Origin: an uncultured Chloroflexia bacterium
GTDB lineage: Bacteria > Chloroflexota > Anaerolineae > UBA4142
Assembly (NCBI GenBank): GCA_963718225.1
Contig: CAVQYN010000031.1
Coordinates: 50,304-114,303 of the forward strand
Direction of reading: 5' to 3'
Length of the DNA stretch: 64,000 nt
Positions 20,001-28,075 of the stretch are shown here, piece after piece (the stretch's first letter is position 1; each line of letters starts with the position of its first letter). Below the pieces are notes generated by a model, which ran no database searches, was not told where the DNA came from, and worked only from the letters and a program-made list of their open reading frames with translations. A program made the position numbers and the translations under genes.

Positions 20001-20426
20001 ATGGATCAAAATGCCAAGCACAATGCCCACGGCGTTGACGTGATCAACTACCACCTTGTTTGGATTCCCCGCTATCGCAAGAAAGTTTTGGTTGAACCGA
20101 TTGCCACACGGCTCAAACAATTGTTTCGAGAAATAGCGACCCAGTACAGATTTGAAGTGATTGCCGACGAAGTGATGCCCGATCACGTCCACTGGTTGGT
20201 TTCCGCGCCACCAAAATTTGCGCCTGCGCAAGTCGTGCGGTGGTTCAGAGGCCTTACCTCGCGTCGTCTCTCCCAGGCGTTTGCACAAATCCGCCGTGCG
20301 TACTGGGGACCCAACGCGACCTGATGGGCAGAGGGCTACTATGTTGGCACAGCAGGACACGTTAGTACAGAAACAATTCGCCGCTCCATTGCAGAGTGCC
20401 AAAAAGATTCACGCAACGACGATTGA
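20001..20426 (+). pseudogene. tnpA: IS200/IS605 Y1 transposase TnpA with in-frame TGA
   Basis: Motifs YHLVWIPRYRKKVL and PDHVHWLV. The frame continues after TGA (20322-20324) as WAEGYYVGTAGHVSTETIRRSIAECQ. Confidence 0.8.
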
Positions 20427-20457
20427 CACATGCGAACATTTGTGCTATTCTGGGTTC

Positions 20458-21625
20458 GTGAAACTGATTGCCCAGGTCAAACTGCAAACCACTCCCGAAC
20501 AACTGGCCGCGCTCAGGCAGACGATGCAAGAAGCCAATCGCGCGTGTGATTACATCTCGTCGGTGGCGTGGGACAAGAAGACCTTCAAACAATTCGCTTT
20601 GCACAAGTTGGTTTACCACGCGCTGCGCGTGCGAAAGCCGTTTGGCTTGTCGGCGCAAGTGGTTGTACCGGTGTATTGCTAAAGTGGCGGATGCGTACAA
20701 GTTGGATCAGCGACGCAAACGCAAATTCAAACCACAAGGCGCAATCACTTACGACGACCGCATTTTGAGTTGGCAGTTGGAACACTCCCAGGTTTCGATT
20801 TGGACAACGCACGGGCGTATCAAGATTCCGTTTGTCTGCGGTGACCAACAGTCTGAACTGCTCAAGACACGCCAAGGCGAAACGGATTTGATTCTGTTCC
20901 GAGACCAATGCTACTTGTCCGCGACGTGCGACGTTGCCGAACCTGAACCCATTCAGAGCGAAGGCGCGTTGGGGGTTGACCTGGGTGTGGTAAACATCGC
21001 GGTCGATTCGGATGGCACCGTGTATTCGGGCCAGACCATCAACCATGTGCGCTTTCGCCATCGTCGTCTGCGAACCAAATTGCAAAAGAAAGGTACACGC
21101 TCGGCCAAGCGTTTGCTCAAGAAGTTGTCGGGCCAAGAAGCCCGGTTTACCAAAGATGTCAATCACACGATCAGCAAGCACGTGATCAAACTCGCGCAAG
21201 GCACTCGTCGCGCGATTGCCCTCGAAGACCTGAGCGGAATTCGCAAACGAGTCACGGTTAGACGCGACCAGAGAGCCAGACTGCATAGTTGGTCGTTCTT
21301 TCAACTCCGTAGGTTCCTCGCTTACAAGGCGCAACTGGCTGGCGTCACGGTGATTCCCGTTGACCCGCGTAACACGTCACGTACTTGTCCTCACTGCGGT
21401 TGTGTCGATAAACGCAATCGTCCTTCGCAAAGCAAATTCTCCTGTGTGGCCTGCGGTTACTCTGGATTCGCAGATCACATCGCGGCTCGCAACATTGCGA
21501 GTCGGGCGGTTGTCAACCCGCCAAACGTAGCGCATGCTGAAGCCAAAGCTGTTGAAGTGTTTGTTGCTCCAACGGAACTGCGGTCGAGTGCAGTTACAAG
21601 CCACCCAGTTCTACTGGGTGTGTAG
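20458..21625 (+). pseudogene. tnpB: TnpB (OMEGA RNA-guided endonuclease family), 1 frameshift
   Basis: GTG start (VKLIAQVKLQTTPEQ...). An extra base lies near 20667. RuvC-like residues are in GVDLGVVNIAV, IALEDL and FADHIAARNIA, with a Zn finger CPHCG...CVACG. Confidence 0.8.
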
Positions 21626-21640
21626 TTGACCGTTATGAAT
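21570..21640 (+). ncRNA. possible 3' part of the TnpB omega-RNA / IS right-end structure
   Basis: Two hairpins, AACTGC-N8-GCAGTT and CACCCAG-TTCTA-CTGGGTG, overlap the last tnpB codons. This position is expected for omega-RNA scaffolds. The extent is unknown. Confidence 0.3.
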
Positions 21641-21654
21641 CGCTGTACGGGCGA

Positions 21655-22233
21655 TCAACACCGAGCAACAACCGCGCACCGGTCGCAAGCGTGCCCAAGC
21701 GCCACGCCCAGCAAAATCCCGCGCACGCCGGCTTCGCTGGGCACGCGCAGCAACCATTCTTTGGCGAGTGCCCAGCCGCCAAGCCAGGGCGTTTGTCCCA
21801 GGAACACAATCACCGCCGCCATCAACATCAACAACGTTTCAATACTGCGCGCGCGCAACGCGCGATACGCGGCAGTCGCCAGAAAAAATGCGGTGAGCGC
21901 GAACAAGGAACTTTGCAGCGGCAAATACACATGCTCAAAGAGCCACGGCAATGGACCATCCGCTAGACCAAAAATCAAACCAATGCCGCTGACAACGCCG
22001 GCGACGGCGAGCATCAGCACACTGTAACCGATTTCTTTTTCGCGATGCGCGATGCGCGTGAGATGCACCCGCGCGAGATTCACCAAGCCGAGCAAGAACG
22101 CGAACGCCGAAAGCAAAATTGTCCATGCTCTAAACGTCGCTCCCATCGCATCGATGACCGGGTTCGCGAAAAAGAAATCGATGAGGACGATTGCGCCGGT
22201 GGTAATTGCAACGAACATCGATAACCACTTCAT
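21655..22233 (-). CDS. integral membrane protein (hypothetical)
   Basis: Start MKWLSMFVAITTG... overlaps the upstream stop (ATGA). About 5 TM helices. An alternative frame gives ...GTLATGARLLLGVDRPYSDS* ending at 21633, so the 3' end is uncertain. Confidence 0.6.
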   Translation of the reverse strand: MKWLSMFVAITTGAIVLIDFFFANPVIDAMGATFRAWTILLSAFAFLLGLVNLARVHLTRIAHREKEIGYSVLMLAVAGVVSGIGLIFGLADGPLPWLFEHVYLPLQSSLFALTAFFLATAAYRALRARSIETLLMLMAAVIVFLGQTPWLGGWALAKEWLLRVPSEAGVRGILLGVALGHACDRCAVVARC

Positions 22234-22986
22234 ATCAACCCCAGCGATTTGAGGGCGATCGCAATAATCACGCCGCTGACAATGAGCCAGCGCGCGAGGT
22301 CTTGCGCCACGAGACTCGCATGGTGCGCCGGTCGATTGCCAAGGTATGCGCCGGCGGCGAAAATTTCTTCGCCAATCAACGGGTGCGTCATCGTCGTCTG
22401 AAAGAACGGCAAAACGCGCGGTGTGCTCGTTCCGCCGATTTGCGGCAAATTCTTTTGCGCGCCGGGTTCGCCCAGCAACAGAAATTCGTCGCCGAACTCG
22501 CCGAGCATCACGTTCGCCGTCAGCGCTTGTGCGTTCACAAGCTGCATCGTCCCCGCTGCGTACGCAAACGGTTCGGGCGCGATCCAACGCGCGCGCGTGT
22601 CATCAAATTCCGACGCATAGCCCCTGGCGTTCGGACGCGCGCCGCAAAATATCTTGTGCAACCGGCAATACTGTGGGATCGGCGCAAGTTACGAGAGGCG
22701 GAGTTGCACCAAGCGCACCGCCATCAGCAAGATACTCGAGTGCTTGCAACGCGGCAGTCGTCTCGGCAGTCGCGCGCGCGCCAATGCCGGCGATGCCGAG
22801 CGAAAGATGAATTGGCAGATTGGTTTCAATCGATTGCGCGAGGAGTTGCTTGAGCGCGGCGAAACCGGCAATCGGACGCAAAGCAAATTGCGCGCCGCGT
22901 TGGAGAAAGAATCGGGCGATGAAAAAGCACGCGAGGAAAATCAGAAACGCCGCGAACGCGAGAGGCTGATCGATGGCAAGATTCAT
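22230..22986 (-). pseudogene. membrane protein (hypothetical), 1 frameshift
   Basis: ORFs 22986-22603 and 22661-22230 are collinear (..VAQDILRRA / ARGYASEFDD..). TM helices at both ends. Frame change near 22640. Confidence 0.5.
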
Positions 22987-23276
22987 CGTGCGTTTCCGGG
23001 TTCTAGGCGCTTGATCAATGCATCGATGCCGGCAGGATCCTGCATCAAGTCGGCGACATCAGACCAGCCGATGGAATCGAACGCGAGCAAAGGTTGCGCC
23101 AACCACGCGAGTTGCGCGCCGAAATATGCCAACGGCTTGCTACTCTCCAAAAACAAAATCGCTGGCGCGGTCATGCCCGATTCTGCAATCCGCCGCGCCA
23201 GCCGATCCAACAGTTGCTCACGACGCTGTGCGTCCGTAGCATCCTCCCGACCCTGAATTGAAATCTCGTTTGTCAT
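22983..23276 (-). CDS. small hypothetical protein, first gene of the membrane/ASKHA operon
   Basis: 97-aa ORF whose stop overlaps the next start by 4 nt. The start codon is uncertain because a consensus -10 overlaps the ATG. Confidence 0.45.
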   Translation of the reverse strand: MTNEISIQGREDATDAQRREQLLDRLARRIAESGMTAPAILFLESSKPLAYFGAQLAWLAQPLLAFDSIGWSDVADLMQDPAGIDALIKRLEPGNAR

Positions 23277-23344
23277 TATAAGGCGACTGTCCGGCTACGT
23301 CAAGCGTTTGTGAAAGTTTTTCAACTTGTGTCCGCACACACACG

Positions 23345-23372
23345 ATTATAAAGCCAGCAAGCAATTTTGCAA
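23345..23372 (-). promoter_or_regulatory. sigma70-type promoter for the minus-strand operon
   Basis: TTGCAA, 16-nt spacer, TATAAT on the minus strand in an AT-rich spacer. Confidence 0.45.
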
Positions 23373-23506
23373 GCCCCGGCGAGCACGGGCAAAGACAATT
23401 CATTGCGACTTGACCAACACAATACTATACTTGCAACTTGCAATGAAACTTTCTATCATCGTTCAGGAAAATGAAAAAAGACGCACATTAAATTTTTCAG
23501 AAATGA

Positions 23507-23535
23507 TTGACAAACCGGTGGATTCGGGTTATATT
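23507..23535 (+). promoter_or_regulatory. sigma70-type promoter upstream of the zinc-ribbon/MerR gene
   Basis: TTGACA, 17-nt spacer, TATATT; about 150 nt upstream of the start codon. Confidence 0.5.
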
Positions 23536-23691
23536 CAATCTACAGTTGATACTTGGAATCAAATTTAAATTTGCGTTTTGCATAGAACCACTAGATGTTG
23601 TTGTGCTAGGTGTTACTCAACCGCAAGATATGGTGAAACACAATATGGTTGAGACTGAAACATTCTTCCATGTGAGAAGGTGAGAAACCAG

Positions 23692-24525
23692 ATGGTCATC
23701 TGCACACATTGCGCTACCCAAAACCGGGATGAGATCAAATACTGTAAGAACTGCGGTGCCTCTTTATCAGCACCGGTGCCCCTCACCTGCTCGCGCTGCG
23801 GCAATCGCAATCCGACGCCGAGTGTTTTCTGTAATCGTTGCGGCGAGCGTTTGATCGGGGAAACCTCCAAACCCAAAGCCACAGCGACACCCAGTGCCTC
23901 ATCGCCAAAGAATTCCCAGACCAGCGGAACAGCGGTGACACCCCATGCGCCGGACAAACTTGCTCGCGCCGGCTCGCACAAAGACGACGATTCAGTTCCC
24001 GACTGGCTAACTCGCGTCTACGGCAACACAGCGGGGCAAATCCAACTGACACCGACCCACGAATTGCTGCGCATGGCGAATGCGTTGGGCATCGATGTCG
24101 ATTATTCGACTCTGCGGTTCTGGCAGAAGCGCGGGCTGGTTCCAAAACCGGTCCGAGGTCCGGTCAGCGCCGGACGCGGCACACGCGGTTATTACGATGC
24201 CTCGTTGATGGATCGTTTGTCGTTCATTCGCCAGGTGCAAAAAAATCACGCGATGGGCTTGGAAAATATCCACGCGGAATTGGAACGCGTCGATAAACGC
24301 ATCGCGCAGGCTGGGGCTAGTTCAGCGACGACAATTTATCAAGAGCGCCTCGCCGAATTAGAAGCGCGCCGCGAAGCTGAATCAAAGAAAACGATCGTGG
24401 CGATGTTGGGCAAAGTCCTGGGCATCTCGCCGGAAGACATCGCGACGGTAGTCATTCGCAAGAAAGACGGACAGACCATTCGTTTGCTGACGGACAAAGC
24501 CGTCCCCGAACCGGTCGAACGTTAG
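23692..24525 (+). CDS. double zinc-ribbon + MerR-type HTH domain protein
   Basis: CTHC..CKNCG..CSRCG..CNRCG zinc ribbons, a low-complexity linker, then a MerR-like segment YSTLRFWQKRGLVP. The ATG at 23692 has a GAAGGTGA RBS (the ORF track starts at GTG 23680). Confidence 0.7.
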   Translation: MVICTHCATQNRDEIKYCKNCGASLSAPVPLTCSRCGNRNPTPSVFCNRCGERLIGETSKPKATATPSASSPKNSQTSGTAVTPHAPDKLARAGSHKDDDSVPDWLTRVYGNTAGQIQLTPTHELLRMANALGIDVDYSTLRFWQKRGLVPKPVRGPVSAGRGTRGYYDASLMDRLSFIRQVQKNHAMGLENIHAELERVDKRIAQAGASSATTIYQERLAELEARREAESKKTIVAMLGKVLGISPEDIATVVIRKKDGQTIRLLTDKAVPEPVER

Positions 24526-24550
24526 TCAGTTTTACCAATATTTACAAGCC

Positions 24551-24804
24551 ACGACGGAGAGAGAGTAGCCGCCCAAACTCTGCCAGAGAAAAAGACCGCA
24601 CGGGGTGCAAGTCTTTTCAGAGTACAACGGTGAAATTCGCTCCCGAGCCGCGCGCGCGATCCTTGGACTCCGCTCAGGACGACAAGACTAGTGCGCGCCG
24701 CAAGTCCAGCGTTACCGGGACAACCAGAGCGAGTCGCTAGTGGCTAGCGACTAAACAGGGTGGTACCGCGAGCAACTCTCGTCCCTTGAGGATGAGAGTT
24801 TTTT
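24551..24804 (+). promoter_or_regulatory. T-box leader, probable Phe (UUC) specifier
   Basis: Stem I carries GGAGAGAGAGTA...GGGGTGCAA. The specifier region is GAAATTCG (24633-24639). The T-box core is AAACAGGGTGGTACCGCGAG (24753-24772). The terminator is AACTCTCGTC/GATGAGAGTT plus TTTTTT (24774-24804). Confidence 0.85.
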
Positions 24805-24817
24805 ATTGGACATCAAA

Positions 24818-25160
24818 ATGGATTTAACTTTTCATCTCGTGCCACAAAAATATTTCGATGCGCTCGATCCAAAAATCGATTACATGCCAGAGCCATTTGC
24901 ACGCGAAGGATTCATTCATTGCACCGATGGCGCGGACGAAATGGCGCGCACGGCAAATCGATATTACAAATCGAACACCGAGCCGCATTACTATTTGTAC
25001 ATCGATAAAGACCGCGTGCACGCGCGAATTCAGTACGATGCTGAGCCGCGCATCTATCCGCACATTTACGGCGCATTGAATCGCGATGCGATTGTCGCCG
25101 TGCGCGCGGCGCGCCGCGACAAGCGATGGAACATTTTTGCCGCCGGAGCCAATCGAGTGA
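24818..25160 (+). CDS. DUF952 domain protein
   Basis: FHLVPQKYF...GFIHCT...YPHIYGALNRDAIV matches DUF952. As written, the frame reads through into the MFS gene. A 1-nt gain near 25123 would restore ...DGTFLPPEPIE-TGA at 25158-25160. Confidence 0.6.
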
Positions 25161-26387
25161 CAGGTCCCGAACGCCAATCTTCAATCATCGCGCTTCGGCT
25201 CTATCCGGATTTTCGCTTGCTGTGGACAGGACAATTGATCTCGAGCATCGGCACGCAGATGCAGATGGTCGCGATCAACTGGCACATTTACGACCTGACC
25301 GGCTCGGCGGTGATGCTCGGTTTGACGGGCTTGATGCGCGTCGTGCCGATCATCATCTTCTCGTTGTTTGGCGGCGTGGTCGCGGACGCACGCGATCGGC
25401 GGCGCGTATTGCTCATCACGCAAACACTGATGATGCTCTTTGCCACGATACTGGGCATTACCACAAACATCGGTCTGATCTCGGCATATCTCATTTATGC
25501 GATTGCCGCGACCACCTCGGCGACCGCCGCGTTCGATAGTCCGGCGCGCCAAGCGCTCACGCCGAATCTCGTGCGCAAAGAACATTTGACGAATGCGTTG
25601 TCGCTGAACAACATCATGATGCAAGTCGCGTCGATCCTGGGACCGATGCTCGCCGGCTTTGCGATTGCCGGGCTCGGCGTGGGCGCGGTCTATTGGATCA
25701 ATGCCGGTTCATTTCTGGCGGTGCTTGGCGCGCTGTTGTTGATGAAATCGCCAACGCAACAAAATCTCGGCGCGGCGCGCGTTTCGCCCGACGCATTGGT
25801 CGAGGGCATCAAGTTTGTGTTCAGCAAGAAAATCATCACCGCGACCATGTTGCTCGATTTCTTTGCCACGTTCTTTTCATCGGCGAACGCGCTCTTGCCG
25901 ATTTTCGCCAAAGATATTTTGCGCGTCGGTCCCGAAGGGCTGGGAGTTCTGTACGGCGCGGAAGCGGTCGGCTCGGTCATCGCCGGTATTACAATGGCGC
26001 GCGCCGGCAATATCAAACGACAAGGCGCGATTTTGCTCGCGGCGGTTGCATCGTATGGCATGGCAACCGCGTTCTACGGTGCATCGCAATTATTCGCACT
26101 GTCATTTTTCTTTCTCGCACTCGCTCGGCGCGTCCGACACCGTCAGCACAATTTTGCGGAACACGATTCGCCAACTCGCGACGCCGGATCATTTGCGCGG
26201 GCGGATGACCTCGGTGAATATGATTTTCTTTATGGGCGGACCGCAACTGGGAAATCTCGAAGCTGGGATTGTCGCCGCGCTTTTTGGCGCGCCGTTCTCG
26301 GTGATTAGCGGCGGCGTGGCGACGGTGATGATTGTCGGCTTGGTCGCGTGGCTCGCGCCGCAGTTGCGGGAATACAGTGGGCAGTGA
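25157..26387 (+). pseudogene. MFS transporter (EntS/MFS_3-like), 1 frameshift
   Basis: GTG 25157 overlaps the inferred DUF952 stop (GTGA). 12-TM-type sequence (LWTGQLISSIGTQMQ..). Frame change near 26120; the C-terminus is in the ORF ending at 26387. Confidence 0.75.
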
Positions 26388-26423
26388 ACAGTAGGCAGTG
26401 ATCAGTATTCAGTTTGCAGCGAG
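26375..26423. repeat. seven in-phase heptanucleotide units (CAGTNNN)
   Basis: CAGTGGG CAGTGAA CAGTAGG CAGTGAT CAGTATT CAGTTTG CAGCGAG. The MFS stop codon TGA lies in unit 2. Confidence 0.8.
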
Positions 26424-26959
26424 TTATTACGCAAAGATGGCCAAGTCGTGATGGTGCACTCTATCGCGCCTATGCTGTGAACTGCAATGGATGTGGTTAC
26501 TTTTCGGGCGGGTATTTGAAATGACGGTCCCCGAAATGAGGAACGATGCTTTCAATCGCACGAGATCAGCGCGATGAGACATCGGGCTTCGAGATTATGC
26601 AAATCAGGTCGATTGGCATACATCACACAATATGAAAAGCATTTCGAAATCAAATCATAACGCCAACTGCAATGTGAACAATTGTTGACCCAGAGTGGCG
26701 CGGAAACTTGCAGCGGCACGATAGCCGACGGACTCGGCCATGCATGCGCATTTTCTGCAAAATGCGACTCAAGGTTGCTGCGCGCTTGAAACAACGCAAC
26801 TGAGCAATTCTGACTGATACCCGCCGTCGCGTATTTGCACGACAATGCTAATGGCCGTTTCTGGTATTTATCGACAGGAACCGGACAAACAATTTCTAAC
26901 TGATAGCCAATTGTAATACAGACTGATTGCTAATTGGAAGATACAAAAAGGAGGTCAAC

Positions 26960-27997
26960 ATGCTTGATGAACTGAACCACTTGCGCACCGACGCACTCGA
27001 ACAACTCGCGCACATCTGGGACGATGCCGCGCTCGAAGAATGGCGCGTCAAGTTTCTGGGGCGCAATGGCGCGCTTGCGACGGCAATGACGAAGCTTGGG
27101 ACACTCTCGAAAGAGGAGCGTCCCGCCGCCGGCAAATTGGCGAACGAAGTCAAAAGCGCACTCGAATCGGCGTTCGATGCGAAAATCGGCGCGATGAAAC
27201 AACGCGCGCTTTCCGAATCGCTGGAATCCGAGCCGCTCGATGTGACGCTGCCAGGTCGTCCGGTCAAGCGCGGGCGTTTGCATCCGGCAACCGCGAACCT
27301 GCGCGAACTGTATCGCATCTGGGGCGATATGGGCTTTCAAGTTTTTCGCTCGCGCGAAGTCGAGTCGGACGAGATCAACTTTCAGTATCTCAACATTCCG
27401 CCGCATCATCCCGCGCGCGATAACTGGAGCACGTTCTACGTCGCGGACACCGATCATCGCGTTTTGCTTCGCCCGCACACCTCGCCCGGGCAAATCCGCG
27501 CGATGCGCGAACTGGGCGCGAACGGCACGCAACCTCTGCGCGTCATTTTGCCGGGAATGTGTTATCGCTACGAGCAGATCAGCGCGCGGTACGAAATTCA
27601 ATTCAATCAACTCGAAGGGCTCGCCATCGGTCGCAACATCACCTTCGCCGATTTGAAAGGGACGCTCACCGAATTCGCGCATCGGATGTACGGCGACCGC
27701 CCGGTGCGATTCTACGGCGATCACTTTCCGTTCACCGAGCCGAGCGCGCAGATGGATGTCGAGTGCATCATTTGCGATGGCAAGGGTTGCGGCATTTGCA
27801 AGTACACCGGCTATCTCGAAATCCTGGGATCGGGGATGGTGCATCCAACCGTGCTGCGCAACGGCGGCTACGATCCGGCTGAATGGAGCGGCTTTGCGTT
27901 CGGCATGGGCACGGAACGCATCGCGATGCTCAAGCACAGCATTGACGACATTCGGTATTTCTGGGGCAACGATCTCAGATTCTTGGAACAATTCTAA
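26960..27997 (+). CDS. pheS: phenylalanine--tRNA ligase alpha subunit
   Basis: AGGAGG RBS before ATG 26960; class II motifs (HPARD, FRPHTSPGQIR, GFAFGMGTERIAM). Confidence 0.95.
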   Translation: MLDELNHLRTDALEQLAHIWDDAALEEWRVKFLGRNGALATAMTKLGTLSKEERPAAGKLANEVKSALESAFDAKIGAMKQRALSESLESEPLDVTLPGRPVKRGRLHPATANLRELYRIWGDMGFQVFRSREVESDEINFQYLNIPPHHPARDNWSTFYVADTDHRVLLRPHTSPGQIRAMRELGANGTQPLRVILPGMCYRYEQISARYEIQFNQLEGLAIGRNITFADLKGTLTEFAHRMYGDRPVRFYGDHFPFTEPSAQMDVECIICDGKGCGICKYTGYLEILGSGMVHPTVLRNGGYDPAEWSGFAFGMGTERIAMLKHSIDDIRYFWGNDLRFLEQF

Positions 27998-28002
27998 CAA
28001 AA

Positions 28003-28060
28003 GATTCAAAGTTGCAAAGATGAATCAACGTTTGATCGTTAAACTCTTGAAACTTGAATC
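28003..28060. repeat. 58-nt imperfect palindrome in the pheS-pheT spacer (GATTCAAGTTGCAA family)
   Basis: Ends GATTCAA...TTGAATC, centre ATCAACG/TTTGAT. Its core is shared with the element at 43883-43930. Confidence 0.65.
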
Positions 28061-28075
28061 ATTGGAGGCATTACT

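Larger units (their letters stand above)
19950..21640 (+). mobile_element. IS200/IS605-family insertion sequence (tnpA + tnpB); ends approximate
   Basis: A Y1 transposase and a TnpB gene lie on the + strand, wedged between two tightly spaced minus-strand operon genes. Right-end hairpins are at 21576-21595 and 21602-21620. Confidence 0.7.

Noticed and set aside
20322-20324. Alternative genetic code (TGA as sense) or selenocysteine, suggested by the in-frame TGA in tnpA
   Set aside because: TGA terminates several well-supported genes at overlapping stop/start junctions. No SECIS-like context was seen, and the event is isolated.
21633-21655. Extension of the membrane-protein gene to a TAA at 21633 via a frameshift near 21705
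   Set aside because: The alternative C-terminus looks natural, but accepting it would leave only about 8 nt between the tnpB stop and this gene's stop for the IS right end. The evidence is insufficient, so I kept the ORF-track end and flagged the uncertainty.
23326-23568. 80-aa plus-strand ORF in the AT-rich control region
   Set aside because: It overlaps the predicted promoters, has no RBS and has an AT-rich codon composition. It is probably spurious.
24806-26308. A single 500-aa DUF952-MFS fusion protein, as suggested by the ORF track
   Set aside because: A GTG start for the MFS part overlaps a TGA in the +1 frame (GTGA). That +1 frame encodes a plausible DUF952 C-terminus. Given the indel rate here, two coupled genes are more likely, though the fusion cannot be excluded.
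26552-26845. 97-aa minus-strand ORF in the MFS-pheS gap
   Set aside because: It has a TTG start without an RBS, a Cys/Ser/Trp-rich composition unlike neighbouring proteins, and no recognisable motif.
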